Source of the DNA: the human T2T-CHM13v2.0 reference genome, Homo sapiens
DNA: 64,000 bases
Assembly (NCBI RefSeq): GCF_009914755.1
Contig: NC_060928.1
Reading direction: 5' to 3' (one strand)
Part shown: positions 1-12,104 of the stretch, in pieces
Position numbering within the stretch: the first letter of the stretch is position 1
Layout of the letters: the number at the start of each line of letters is the position of its first letter
The notes under the pieces: model-generated
Told to the model about the DNA's origin: nothing
The model's database searches: none
Seen by the model: only the letters and a program-made list of their open reading frames with translations
Translations under genes and position numbers: made by a program

Positions 1-811
1 TCATCCTTCCTCTGTGGAACTAGGAGTGTTTCTTGCCATTCTATCTTTAGACTTCTAAACTTTTTTTCTACATATTCTCCCTGGAATATCATTTCTTATA
101 TTTAGAACCACCACTTCTAAGGGATAAATCCTGTATCTTCATTTTTAATCCAGACTTGTGTTACATGATGCTTCACTATGACTTAAAACACTTTCACAAC
201 ACTTATTGAAGTTTACCATTATGTATTTCTATAATTTATTATTGCTTGAATGACTCATTACACTGTAAATTGTATGGCTCATCATTGTATTTCTAGTTGC
301 CTAGCACTGTGTCTAATACATACATACATACACACATATATATTATTGAGTACCTAATAATATATGTAATACATTATGTAATATTAACATATTTAATAAA
401 TATATTAAATATTATTTATATGTAATAAATATGGTGTATTAGGTGCTCATTAGATGAATGCTAACCAGATATTAAAGGGAACTAACTTATTTGCGAACAG
501 CATCGGTAAACAGTATCTCCATATTTTAAAGGGCTGTGCTATCACATGCATATGGGAATTGCTAAGATATCTCCCTTTTCCTGACTAGTTTTCCGACTTT
601 TTTATACCATTAACCATTTTCAGGCTATATAAAGAAAGAAAGATTGATAGAAAAAAAGGGCTATAACGTGTGGTTGGGAGAATGTTTCCATCTATCTCAA
701 GCCAAGTAAGGGAAGCTCTTTAGGAAAACCTTGAGCAGAGTTTTCAGAACTGGCATGTACAGTTACACAGGTAGTATACTGCCCCCTAGGGGTGATAGTC
801 ACATCATAGGC

Positions 812-1191
812 TGACATAGTTTGGTTATGTTCCCCTCAAATCTCATCTTGAATTGTAGTTCCCATAATCCCCATATGTCATGGGAAGCACCCATGACATA
901 TAATTCAGGTAACTGAATTATGGGGGGTGGTTACCCCCATGCTGCTGTTCTCATGATAGTGAGTACTCATGAGACCTGATGGTTTTATAAGGGGCTTTTC
1001 CCCTTTTGCTTGGCACTTCTCTTCCTACTGCCATGTGAAGAAGGATGTGTTTGCTGCTTCTTCCACCATGATTGTAAGTTTCCTGAGGCTTGCCCAGCCA
1101 TGCTGAACTGTGAGTCAATTAAACCTCTTTCCTTTATAAGTTACCCAGTCTCAGGTACTTCTTCATAGCAGTGTGAGAACAGACTAATACA
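812..1191 (+). mobile_element. THE1C-like MaLR LTR (5' LTR)
   Basis: Begins TGACATAGTTTGG and ends GACTAATACA. Contains the THE1C-type GGTTACCCCCATGCTG and GGGGCTTTTCCCC segments. Confidence 0.9.
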
Positions 1192-1985
1192 GTAAATTGG
1201 TAGCAGTAGAGTGGGGTGTTGCTGTAAGGATACCAGAAAATGTGGAAGCAACTTTGGAACTGGGTAATAGGCAGAGGCTGGAATAGTTTGAAGGACTCAG
1301 AAGACAGGAAAATGTGGGAAAGTTTGGAACTTCCTAGAGACTTGGAGGGCTCAAAAGACAGGAAGATGTGGGAAACTTTAGAACTTCTTAACTTGTTGAA
1401 CAGCTTTTACAAAAATGCTGATAGTGATATGGACAATGAAATCCAGGCTGAGCTGGTCTCAGATGGAGATGAGGAACTTGTTGGGAACTATAAAAGTTGT
1501 TCTTACTATGCTCTAACCAAGAGACTGGCAGCATTTTGCCCTTGCCCTAGAGATAGTGAAACTTTGAACTTGAGAGAGATCATTTAGGGTGTCTGGTGGA
1601 AGACATTTCTAAGCAGCAAAGTATTCGAGAGGAAACAGAGCATGAAAGTTTGGAAAATTTGCAGCCTGACAATGTGATAGAAAAGGAAAAACCCATTTTC
1701 TGGGGAGAAATTCAAGCCAGCTGCAGAAATTTGCATAAGTAATGAGGGGCCGAATGTTAATCACCAAGAGACAATGGGGAAAATGTCTCTAGGGCACGGC
1801 AGAGACCTTTGTGGCAGCACCTCCCATCACAGGCCTAGAGGCCTGGGGGGAGAAATGGTTTAGTGCCGCGGGCCCAGGGACCCCCTGCTCTGTGCAGCCT
1901 CGAGACGTGGTGCCCTGCATTCCAGCTGCTTAAGCTTCAGGTTCAGCCATGGTTAAAAGGGGCCAAGGTACAGCTTGGGCCAGAT
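1192..1985 (+). mobile_element. THE1 internal region, 3' part deleted
   Basis: GTAAATTGGTA..GTAGAGTGGGG follows the LTR directly. ORF 1240-1587 is the typical MaLR-int degenerate frame. Joins abruptly to a 5'-clipped second LTR. Confidence 0.88.
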
Positions 1986-2313
1986 TAGTTCCCATAATCC
2001 TCACATGCTGTGGAAGGGACCCAGTGGGAGGTAATTGAATCATGGGGGTGGTTACCCCCATGCTGCTGTTCTCATAATAGTGAGTTCTCATGACATCTGA
2101 TTGTTTTATAAGGGGCTTTTCCCCCTTTGCTCAGCAGTTCTGTTCCTGCTGCCATGTGAAGAAGGACATGTTTGCCTCCCCTTCTGCTATAACCGTAAGT
2201 TTCCTGAGGCCTCCCAAGCCATGCTAAACTGTGAGCCAATTAAACCTTTTTCCTTTATAAATTACTCAGTCTTGGGTACGTCTTTATTAGCAGTGTGAGA
2301 ACGGGCTAATACA
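1986..2313 (+). mobile_element. THE1C-like 3' LTR lacking its first ~35 bp
   Basis: Starts at TAGTTCCCATAATCC and is collinear with the first LTR to the end GGCTAATACA. Flanks TAGGC/TAGAT are an imperfect 5-bp TSD. Confidence 0.88.
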
Positions 2314-2506
2314 TAGATATTATAGTTTAGTACAGCAAAATAATTTCAGTCAAGTGGCATTAAAATGTATTGTTGTAATAAAATCAGTATATTTTGATAA
2401 TTTTTTGACAAATAGAAGTATAATATCTTGAGTAAGTGGTGCCTTTTCTACTTTGCATAGAGGTGCCACTAAGGATTGGTGGTAGACCTCAGTTTGATAT
2501 TTATGA

Positions 2507-2850
2507 TGTATTAGTCTGTTTTCACACTGCTGATAAAGACATATTTGAGACTGGGCAATTTGCAAAAGAAAGAGGTTTAATGGACTTACACTTCCACGTG
2601 GCTGGGGAGGCCTCACAATCATGGCGGAAGGTAAAAGGCACATCTCACATGGTGGTCGACAAGAGAAGAGAGCTTGTGCAGGGAAACTGCCTCTTATAAA
2701 ACCATCAGATCTTGTGAGACATATTCACTATCACAAGAACAGCACGGGAAAGACCTGCCCCCATGATTCAGTTACCTCCCACCCATTCCCTCCCACAACA
2801 TGTGGGAATTCAAGATGAGATTTTGGTGGGGATGCAGCCAAACCACGTCA
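2507..2850 (-). mobile_element. THE1A-like solo LTR
   Basis: TGTATTAGTCTGTTTTCACACTGCTGATAAAGAC...GGGAATTCAAGATGAGATT...CCAAACCACGTCA, flanked by ATGA on both sides. Confidence 0.88.
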
Positions 2851-3089
2851 ATGATCTAGATTTTGGAAGCTGTAGAGACTAGACTGTCTCTCATCTAAAA
2901 AATATTAAAGATAAGGGACTAACCAAATCTTGACAGTAATGCAGAATGAAGAAAAAAAACTAGTTGGAACGAGGTGTATTTACACTGATAGGGAACAAGG
3001 CTCATATTTTCTGTTAACTTAAATAGTCCTTAACAAAATCAGGTCTTCCTGCTGGGGTAAAGGGACCTGCTTGGAAAAGGTCCATGCAT

Positions 3090-3655
3090 GTGTTCGACTT
3101 ATGATAGCTGAGAAACACATTATTTCAAAACTTAGTGGCTTAAAATGATGACAATTTATTTTGCTCACAACTCTGCATTCTGGACATGGCTCAGCAAAGA
3201 TAATCCTTGGGGCTCTGCTTGGTATCAGCTAAAAAGGATTGAAGGCTCAAGGCAGACATCATGTGGAGGCTCACTCACTCACTCACTCACTCACTCACTC
3301 ACTCACTCACACGTCTACCTGCTAGGCTGGGGCTGAAACAGCTGAAGCTCCTTGGGCATCTCTCTCTCTCTCTGGAAACCGTGTGATTTCTCCAGCATGG
3401 GGGCTTCAGGGCAGCCAGCATAGCCTTTATGCCTCTCAAGGTATGTACCATGAAAGGCAAGAGTTGTATCACCATTTATGACCTTGCCTTGGGAGCCACC
3501 ACGTAGTACCTCTTAAGCCACCTTCAGTTGGTCAAGGAAGTAGCAAAGGTTTGCCTAGTTTCAAGGAGAAGGGAACATAGGGCCCTCCAATTAATAGAAG
3601 AGTGTCAATGTCCCATTGTAGGAAGAACATGTGGCAGGGATTGTATGTTGGTGTA
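3090..3655 (-). mobile_element. Old MLT1-family MaLR LTR with internal (CTCA)n microsatellite (~3269-3310)
   Basis: AAAACTTAGTGGCTTAAAA...ATTTATTTTGCTCACAA and TTTCAAGGAGAAGGGAACATAG are MLT1 hallmarks. Ends approximate. Confidence 0.7.
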
Positions 3656-4442
3656 GCAAGTAAAAGGAGCTCTAGAAAAATCATGAAATATCAACTGGAA
3701 TATATGTTGCCCATGTCAGAAAGAATTCCAGTTTGGACAGTCTCAAGAAAAGAAAAAAACAAAACAAACATACAAACAAACAAAACTGCTACAGAAATGC
3801 CTCAAAAGAAAGCCAGCATTTGGCTACATGTCACACCAATTCCTCAACACCAGATTTTGAGAGCACTACCATTTGTTCTTTTTACCAAGCTAGAAATTCC
3901 TTCATAAGATTCATCTCTATTTTATTCTGTATTTCATTTCTAATTTTATCTGATAACTCCTATTTCTTCATTTTAAATCATGAAATGACCAATATCATGA
4001 TCAATATTTACTTCTTCTTGTTACCAGCATTGCTTAAGTACTCAATAGCCCATATCCAGTTTATTTTATTGCCTCTGGGCATTTCTCTCTTCCCTTTGCT
4101 CCTCCAATCTATCCTATATATTGCTACCAATGAATCTACTTTTTTCTAGCATTTTATGAAATTTTCAAATAAACACAAAAGTTGAAAGAATTATGCAGTA
4201 AACATCAGTATATCCAACATCCACATTTCTGAAACTTTTCTAATTTTACTTTATCACATATTTATTCAGCTATCCATCCCTTTATCCATTCATAAATGTA
4301 TCTTGTTTCCACGATGCCTGTCAAAGTAAGCTGCACACTAAAGTACACCTCATTCCTAAATAATTCAGAATGCATATCATTAACTATTAAACAGCATTGA
4401 ATATTTGTGTACATTTATTTTGTTAGGTAAAATTTACATATA

Positions 4443-4649
4443 CAGTAAGTCCTGCTTAACATTGTGAATAGGTTCTTGGAAACTGGCTTTAAGAAAAATG
4501 ATGGACAGTAGGTCCTCAACTCCCTTCATTAAAAATCGTTTTATTACAACATTTCTGACAAAAAATATCTGGTTTTATTACACTTTTTTTTTTGCATAAA
4601 GGTGCAGTTTCTCAGAACATTTTGACGGCAGTTAAGTGAAGACTTAATG
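4443..4649. mobile_element. MER6B-like TcMar-Tigger non-autonomous element inserted in an L1M 3' fragment
   Basis: TIRs CAGTAAGTCCTGCTTAAC / GTTAAGTGAAGACTTAATG with TA duplication. Flanks GGTAAAATTTACATATA | GTGAAATGCATAAATCTTAA rejoin as an L1M end. Confidence 0.75.
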
Positions 4650-4823
4650 TAGTGAAATGCATAAATCTTAAACATGTGACAAGTTTACAATGCCTCATAT
4701 TAGTAAGCTCCATTTTAATTATCCTATTCCCCTTCTCAAGAAACCCAAATAGTTTACTATTGACTAGCAAAATAAGTCTCCCAATCTTTTCTTAATACAA
4801 CTGCATTAATTCTCCAATTATTT

Positions 4824-5186
<363 letters not shown>

Positions 5187-5289
5187 TAATCTGTGATGCC
5201 AATTTACACTTTTGTGTGTGTCACACTGAAGAAAAGTCAGAGAGGATTATGGAGGTGGTTTGGCACTTTGATCTGTGGACAAATAACTC

Positions 5290-5490
5290 CTGGAGTACAG
5301 CACCTGGTTAAATATGCAGGCTCTTCCACTAACTTGTTTTTGGACTGAGGGCAAATTATTTAGTATAAGTCTTAGTTTCATAATCTTCAAATTGTAAATC
5401 TGTCTAGAAGGGTTCTTGTCAGGTTTAGTAATAACATGTGTATAGTACCTACTGGAATGCTTAACACATAGTAAGTGCTTAATAAATTAT
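5290..5490 (+). mobile_element. MIR SINE
   Basis: GGCAAATTATTT...CTTAGTTTCATAATC core and the 3' end ACACATAGTAAGTGCTTAATAAA. Ends approximate. Confidence 0.65.
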
Positions 5491-5816
5491 ATATAGCAGA
5501 TGCTTACTGAGTGATCTTATTAATATTAGTAAGACATAATAAAGTTCTAAACTCCAGAAATTTTAAATTCAATCTTTTGTTGTGTTAATAAAATAATTTT
5601 CCATATCAAATAATGTTTTTACCTCAGATATAATAAAAAATAATTTGATTATGCATTAAGCAGCAAACAAAGCTTCTTGTTATACTTGGGCAGAAAAAGG
5701 TCTATCTACAAATTATATGTTGCTCTGTTTCTTCATTGGGGTTCACATGGGAGTGAATAAACGTAATAGGGAATAAGATAAGTGGAAAGTTGAATGGAGG
5801 CACCAAATTTCTGTTA

Positions 5817-5896
5817 TTAGCTTGGTGCAAAAGTAATTGTGGGTTTTGCCATTGAAAGAAATGGCAAAACTCACAATTACTTTTGCACCAAGCTAA
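5817..5896. mobile_element. MADE1 mariner-derived MITE (miR-548-type hairpin)
   Basis: TTAGCTTGGTGCAAAAGTAATTG...CAATTACTTTTGCACCAAGCTAA, 80 bp, TA on both sides. Confidence 0.95.
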
Positions 5897-6529
5897 TAAC
5901 ATTTTTCTTCAAATCTCCTTTAACTACCTTAAATATATACTTATCAAACTATATAATAAGCTCTAATTTTCTAAACACCTACTTGGAAAAATTTCATCTC
6001 CTAGCTAAAATGTTGAACTCAGTACTTCACAAATAGTATTCAATAAACATTAAACATTATTACTGATGTCATGTATTTTTCCATTAAAAATACAAGTCAA
6101 AGAAAAGACTCAACTGACATAAGAAAAATGTTCTTTTAAACAGTGTAGGCCCATGCAGAAAATGAGTGTGCTATTAAAATTAACTTTGCAAAACTTAGAA
6201 ATATGATAACCAAATGAAATATTTGTAGTCATTAAATAATTGCAATAATTTTTGTTATTTGTAGTCATCTTGTTATGTTCTCAGAACAAGTAAGTTTTTG
6301 CAAAACAAATATCTTCTATTAGAAGTCTCTCCAAACCACGTAGCATTTACCTTGCAGTGCATAGATTAATGATTTTCAAATTGTTTTTGGGCTTGGCAAA
6401 TGTGTTTTATCTAATTTTGCAGATGGGCAGCCACAAAGAGAAATTTTTGTATTTCATTTTTTCTTACTTTAAACAAAATCCTTTAAAAATATTGGAAATA
6501 TCAAGTTGGGGAATCAAGAAAGTACTTAA

Positions 6530-6880
<351 letters not shown>

Positions 6881-8765
6881 TAAATAATTTATTAAAGATC
6901 AGTTAATTTTTTTCTGGTAGATTAAAGGCCTGTGATGAACCAAAAAGTAATTAATTACTATATTTTCATTTGCTAAAGGTAAAAATAAAGAGCCATTAAG
7001 TCTGTGAATTTCAATGTGTTGTGAGGAAGTTATCTTTATGGGTTTTAGGTATAGTGGATATAGAGTTCTTCTGGTTCACCCTCTCTCTGGTGACAGGAAG
7101 AAGGATGCCTTCTTATAACTTTCCCTTTCTTATTTCAGTAGAAAGACAATAAGGGAAACAATGCACATGGTTATTGAATTCCATCTTAAATTGGTCTATT
7201 TATATGTATTTATATGTCACCATTTCTTCATGTAGCTTTGGCTGTAAATTTTAATGAAATGAGAATCGAATGAGGGAATACATGATGTGACTCTGCAGTA
7301 ATTAGTGCAATAGAGATTTGACAATTATCCAGTTAATCTGATCAACAAAGACAGCCCAATTGGGTAGTTAATGTCTCAAAGTGGATTTATTTGGCCTAGT
7401 CAATCCAAATAGGCTATGCACATTAATTATATTAACAACACAGCTGCCAACATTATCCTCACTGTAGGACACATGGAAACAGCTCAAAAATAGGGGGTGA
7501 TAAACCACACGAAAAACAAATATTGGATGATAGTGATAGCTTCTGAAAGAAGCAAAAAAGCAGGACTCAATTGTAACAAAAAAGAAAAAAAAAGCTGAAG
7601 TTATAAAAAATTAAAATAGCTCATTAGTACTTAATAATATAAGAAATAAAATGAGATAATAAGAAGAGATGGTGTAATCCTATGAAGACCATATCAACGT
7701 ATCATCTTTTGTTTAAATGGATTAAAGATGATTTTAAAAACCTGACTTCTTTGACTTTTAACAACTCAAACATTGCACCTTTAATTTACTTGAGGTTTTT
7801 GAATGAAAATATGTCCAAGCCTTTGAGTGATCAATCTTTATTGATGATGGATCTAAATGTGGCTTATTGTCATAGTTAGAATATCTGCAAAATAAAATTA
7901 TTTCTTAAAATAAGTGAAAAACTCAAAGATACAACCTCCAAACTACTATGTTAGATAATATGAATTTAAAGAATGTTTGTATAGTTCATCAACCTCACAG
8001 ATTTTTTTTAAGATACACCAATTTGGCCTCAGAACAACTTTTCTTGCACGGAGTTTTTAATTAAGAAAATCCAGACGGAGAAAATAATGATTGCTAAGAG
8101 TATCAGTAGAGAGCATTCATTCCTCTCTGAGTACTGTCTTCTATGCCACCTTCCAAAATCCTAGAAAACTATAATGATGGACGGATAGACTTTGAATGTA
8201 TGCTCTTATTTCATCAGAGATTCGTTATACTGAATTATTGAGTATCTGCAAAAATTAGAAATAAATGAAATGGAATCAGTCTTGTTTAAAATAAATTCCT
8301 TCTGTTGGAAAAGCAACTGTAATTGCAAGGTTGTTTTAGTTTCTGCTTGGTATAATATGACAGATGGTCAGTGGCAAGGAATGAGTTCCATCCCTAGCAC
8401 CACAAAACCATGTTATTCATTGCTTTTGAGTTATTATGAAATGCAAATACTGACCCACATTAGCTTTATTGCTGGCCTGGAAAAACAACTTCCAACATTA
8501 CCACAATACCACAGTTACAACAATTAGAGATGTTTCTTTAATTCTCTGGGGACCATTTATGGTCAATAGTTTTTAATCTTCAGTATTTCTTGTTAAGAAA
8601 AATATTACCTTAATTCAACCAAAGCTGAATGGCAAGTATTAGGATGTAAGAACTTGAAAACATCATCACATATTGTCCAGATTTGGGTTATTTTTCTAGC
8701 TGTACTGAAAATATTTAGGCACCATTCACTTCTTCCTAGAGAAAAGTTTAACATGTTTTCTAGAG

Positions 8766-8979
8766 AAGTAATATCTGTCTGATAGAACTTTCTGTGATGA
8801 TAGAAATATTCCATAGCTATATTGTCCAATGTGGAAATCACTAAGCACTTGTAGCTACTGAACTGTTGAAATGTGGCCAGCAAAGTTGAAGAACTTATTT
8901 TTAAAATTTTATATAATTGCAACTAGTTTGAATTTAAATAGTCACCTATGGCTAATGGCTACCATACTGGATAGTGCAG
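8766..8979 (+). mobile_element. MER3 hAT-Charlie DNA transposon
   Basis: ATAGAACTTTCTGTGATGATAGAAATATTC...TGGCTACCATACTGGATAGTGCAG with perfect 8-bp TSD TTCTAGAG at 8758-8765 and 8980-8987. Confidence 0.88.
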
Positions 8980-10129
8980 TTCTAGAGTCAATAACTAACT
9001 ACTTGTTACTGTAAATTCACCTGCGTGGATTTTTTTTTTTTCCCAGGCATCTCCTAAAGTAAATCCTTTTTCATCTTGACCTTCAGGGACCAGACTCTTG
9101 GAGAAAGACTTGTCCTATCATGTGTGGGATGAGTAAGAACTATTCACATCATCTGGCATATTTAAAATACACGATATCCTAAATTCATGTCATAAGTCTA
9201 CTAATTTATATTATAGTAAAAAAGGAAATTACAAAACATATTAAAATGCCCTATCAAAGAGTTTAAATTAAATTAAAATGGTCCATTTTATATGTCAAGA
9301 TTGCCCCTGCCAGTGTTTCTTACTATCTTGGCTCTAAGCTCTTGCTCTGCCTGTCCTCACCCAGTATGTGGTTGGCATGACCCCTTTTTCTGAGGTTTTT
9401 GGGAGCCTGTACTTGGCTGGGGATTGTGTCAAGAGACCTGAGCTGTCTACACTCCTGGTGATAGGCCAGAGTTCTTCAGCTAAGGAGACACAGAGCATGA
9501 AGACTACTTGCCAACAGAAATCCCATGTCCCATTGTGTTTGATTTGTGAGCCAACTTGCAGCCTCATTTCTGAATTTCAACCCCACAAATGTAGTTTTTC
9601 AACAAAAATATTTTCAATTAAAATTGCTTTGACCTTGGACTTCCCTCAAAAAAGAGTCTTCTTGTTAAGAGATGTTCACAGTGTCAATAGAATGCAAGCT
9701 TATTAAACATTCAAAGAAGACTGTATTTGTCTGTTACAGTGCTGGAGGAGATAAAATGTTATTGATCCTAGCTTCTTAGTGGGCATTCTGTTCAGGGCTT
9801 TAGACACTGACAATAGTTAAAGGTAGAGTTGAAAGAAGTCCTTAGAAACCATGAAGCCAAATGTTGTTGTTCGAGAGATGGAGCCCTTCCTCAGAGGCCA
9901 TCCAAACATTGTTCACATAAAAGTACATTAAAAAGTGCTTCCCATTCTTCCAGTTACTGAAAGGCTGAAGAAGCTGAATGTGGACTAATGCTGAAAGAAA
10001 CCAGCAAATAAATAAAGATTACACAATTTAAGGACCATATTACTGAAGAAAAAAGGAGGGGATATATTTCATACTCTCCTCTCCCTATCACTGCCAGAAT
10101 ACAACAGGAAGCCTTAGACATAATTTAAC

Positions 10130-10735
10130 AGGCTAACCAAAGCGAGCTAGAATGGTAACAGATTGCTGGACTTGCTAGGCTCCTATCATAAGAAGCTCAA
10201 AGTGCCAGGCATCAATCAAAGCTTTAGGCTTATTGGACTCTTATTTTGTTCTCATTTGGGAGCGTTACATCTCCTTCTGGGAACCAGAAGTTATAAACCT
10301 GCAGAGCCCAAAGCGCTGGCTGTGGGAAGCACAAATTCCCCAAGGCGACCACTGGGAGTGATGATAAGCAGGGTCACTTGCACCTGTTAGTTCTTGGGCC
10401 CAAGTATTATAAGTATATAAGGCAAAGCGTCATTTTATGGCTGTGGATTCAAAAAATATGCTGCATCCTGAGGGATTTAGCTCCATTTTCCCAGGGTGCC
10501 TTTTCCAAGCTGATGCCTCTCAAGCATCTTCAAAAGGCTATCGAATTGTTGTATCAGGCCGGCAGCATCTGGCTGGTAGGCTATGTGCTAATCCCAGTAA
10601 ATGTCATGATCATATATTCACTGCCACACCATTTTTTGCTATAAGGTGAATCCCTGGGTTAGAGACCATGTTAGGCAGAATCCTGCCCCATGTTAGTAGG
10701 TCAGATACTGAGACTTCAGATGTTGGTGATGGATG
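10130..10735 (-). pseudogene. ERVL-family integrase/dUTPase-like remnant (inverted segment)
   Basis: Minus strand reads ...SNPGIHLIAK... and ...HQPDAAGLIQQFDSLLK...QDAAYFLN, matching ERVL integrase motifs SDQGTHFTAK / HHPEAAGLIERWNGLLK. Many stops and frameshifts. Confidence 0.75.
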
Positions 10736-11150
10736 ACAGCATGAGAAAATTCTGCCACATAATGGTGACAGGAGAAATACATATGTCCCTCAAGTGATAT
10801 ACTAGGACATCTCTTTCCCTCGCACTAGTGTGGCTGTAAGTGGAGAAATATAGAAATTATGGCCTGATAAGAGAATGGCAGCCAGGGACTCAGATTTCTC
10901 AGGCAAGCTACCCAGAGCAGCATAAGTGCTGGAAAAAGGTGAAAGGAATCTAAAATGAATGGGTGAAAACAATGGTGAGTATCAGTTATGACCTGTGAAC
11001 CAGATGCAACAATGAGGGCTCTGTTTCATTCCACTTAACCTTTTCTTATAAGTTTCCTACAAACTGTAACCAACCAAAATCCTGGAGAAGCTATGTTGAG
11101 GTGAAACAAACTTAATTTGAAACTTAAATGGATCTCAGTGGTCCAAGCAG
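10736..11150 (+). mobile_element. ERVL (HERV16/ERV3-16A3-like) internal 3' end
   Basis: GGTGAAAGGAATCTAAAATG...GAGTATCAGTTATGACC...TGGATCT is homologous to the pre-LTR region at 13200-13588. Confidence 0.65.
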
Positions 11151-11425
11151 TCATCAATGGTGGAGGTTTTTCCCCACGCAGATGTTTACTACAGGCCAGT
11201 GCCCACATTACCCAGCTGCTGTGTGGCTGATGATCATAGCTACTCCCTTCTCTGGAGAATCACCTTTGGCCTAACAGGAACTTTCTCAGCCAAAAGTCTA
11301 TATACTCTCCTACCCCAACAGGCCAATAGCTGCTTGACAGAGATGGGGAGACTGACTGCTTTTCCTCAAGAGAGGGTTAACATGTGGTGCAATTTGTCTG
11401 GCAGAGGTTCCCTACGGGATCAGGA
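11151..11425 (+). mobile_element. Partial LTR16-family LTR
   Basis: CCAGCTGCTGTG...CTCTGGAGAATCACCTTTGGCC...TTCCTCAAGAGAGGG...GGGATCAGG, similar to 13589-14043. The 3' end is missing. Confidence 0.65.
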
Positions 11426-11544
11426 AGCTTGTGTGTATTGGTCACATGTTCACGGACTGGCGTGGCCCAAGGATCATTGCTCATAAGTCCACAGATCCCA
11501 TGTTAAGAACTTATGTATTATAAGTTAACAAAACAAAGCAGGCT

Positions 11545-12104
11545 CTATTCATTAATTCAACATATATTTGTTGAGTGTGTCCTACTTATCAGTCCCTCTT
11601 CTGGGGCTGAGGAAGCAGCCTTGAGTGAAGAAATAGTTATTGCCCTCATAGAAGTTAAACCAATAAAAAATATATAATACTGCAGATTATGATAAAATTC
11701 TTAAATAAAAATAAGTAGCAAAGGAAATAGGTCCTCACTGATAAAGTGGTATTTGAGTAGAAATGTAACAGAGACAAGGAAACCAATCTTAGTGCTGTGT
11801 GGGCAATGAGCATTCTGGGCAGCAGCAGCATGAAGGGCAAATGCCCTGAAAACAAAACCTATGCTTGAGGAACAAGAGGAAGTCAGTGTGTCTGGACATG
11901 AGTTATTAAGAGGAAGAATGAGAAGAAAATTAGCGAGATACCACAGGGCTGGATTATGGCTCCTTGGCCCCTGAAAGAATTTATGTTTTATTTCAAGTAA
12001 TATAGAAAACCATTAGAGGTTTTGAACAGCAGCAAGACATTAGCTAACTGATATTTGGAAAGGATCATTTTGGTTGTTGTATGAAAAATAGACTTAAAAA
12101 ATAT
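11545..12104 (-). mobile_element. L2 LINE 3' region; continues at ~14065-14200 beyond the ERVL insert
   Basis: ATTCATTAATTCAACATATATTTGTTGAG terminus, TGCCCTCATAGAAG, GGATCATTTTGGTTGTTGTATG. Resumes with ATGAGATCGCCCAAGGAGTGAGTGTA. Confidence 0.75.

Noticed and set aside
1240-1587. 115-aa ORF with an internal repeat (EDRKMWE..EL x2)
   Set aside because: THE1 internal sequence. I recall the duplication being a family feature rather than locus-specific.
7290-7450. Homeobox/SOX-like motif density
   Set aside because: TAAT and AACAA motifs are expected by chance at this AT content.
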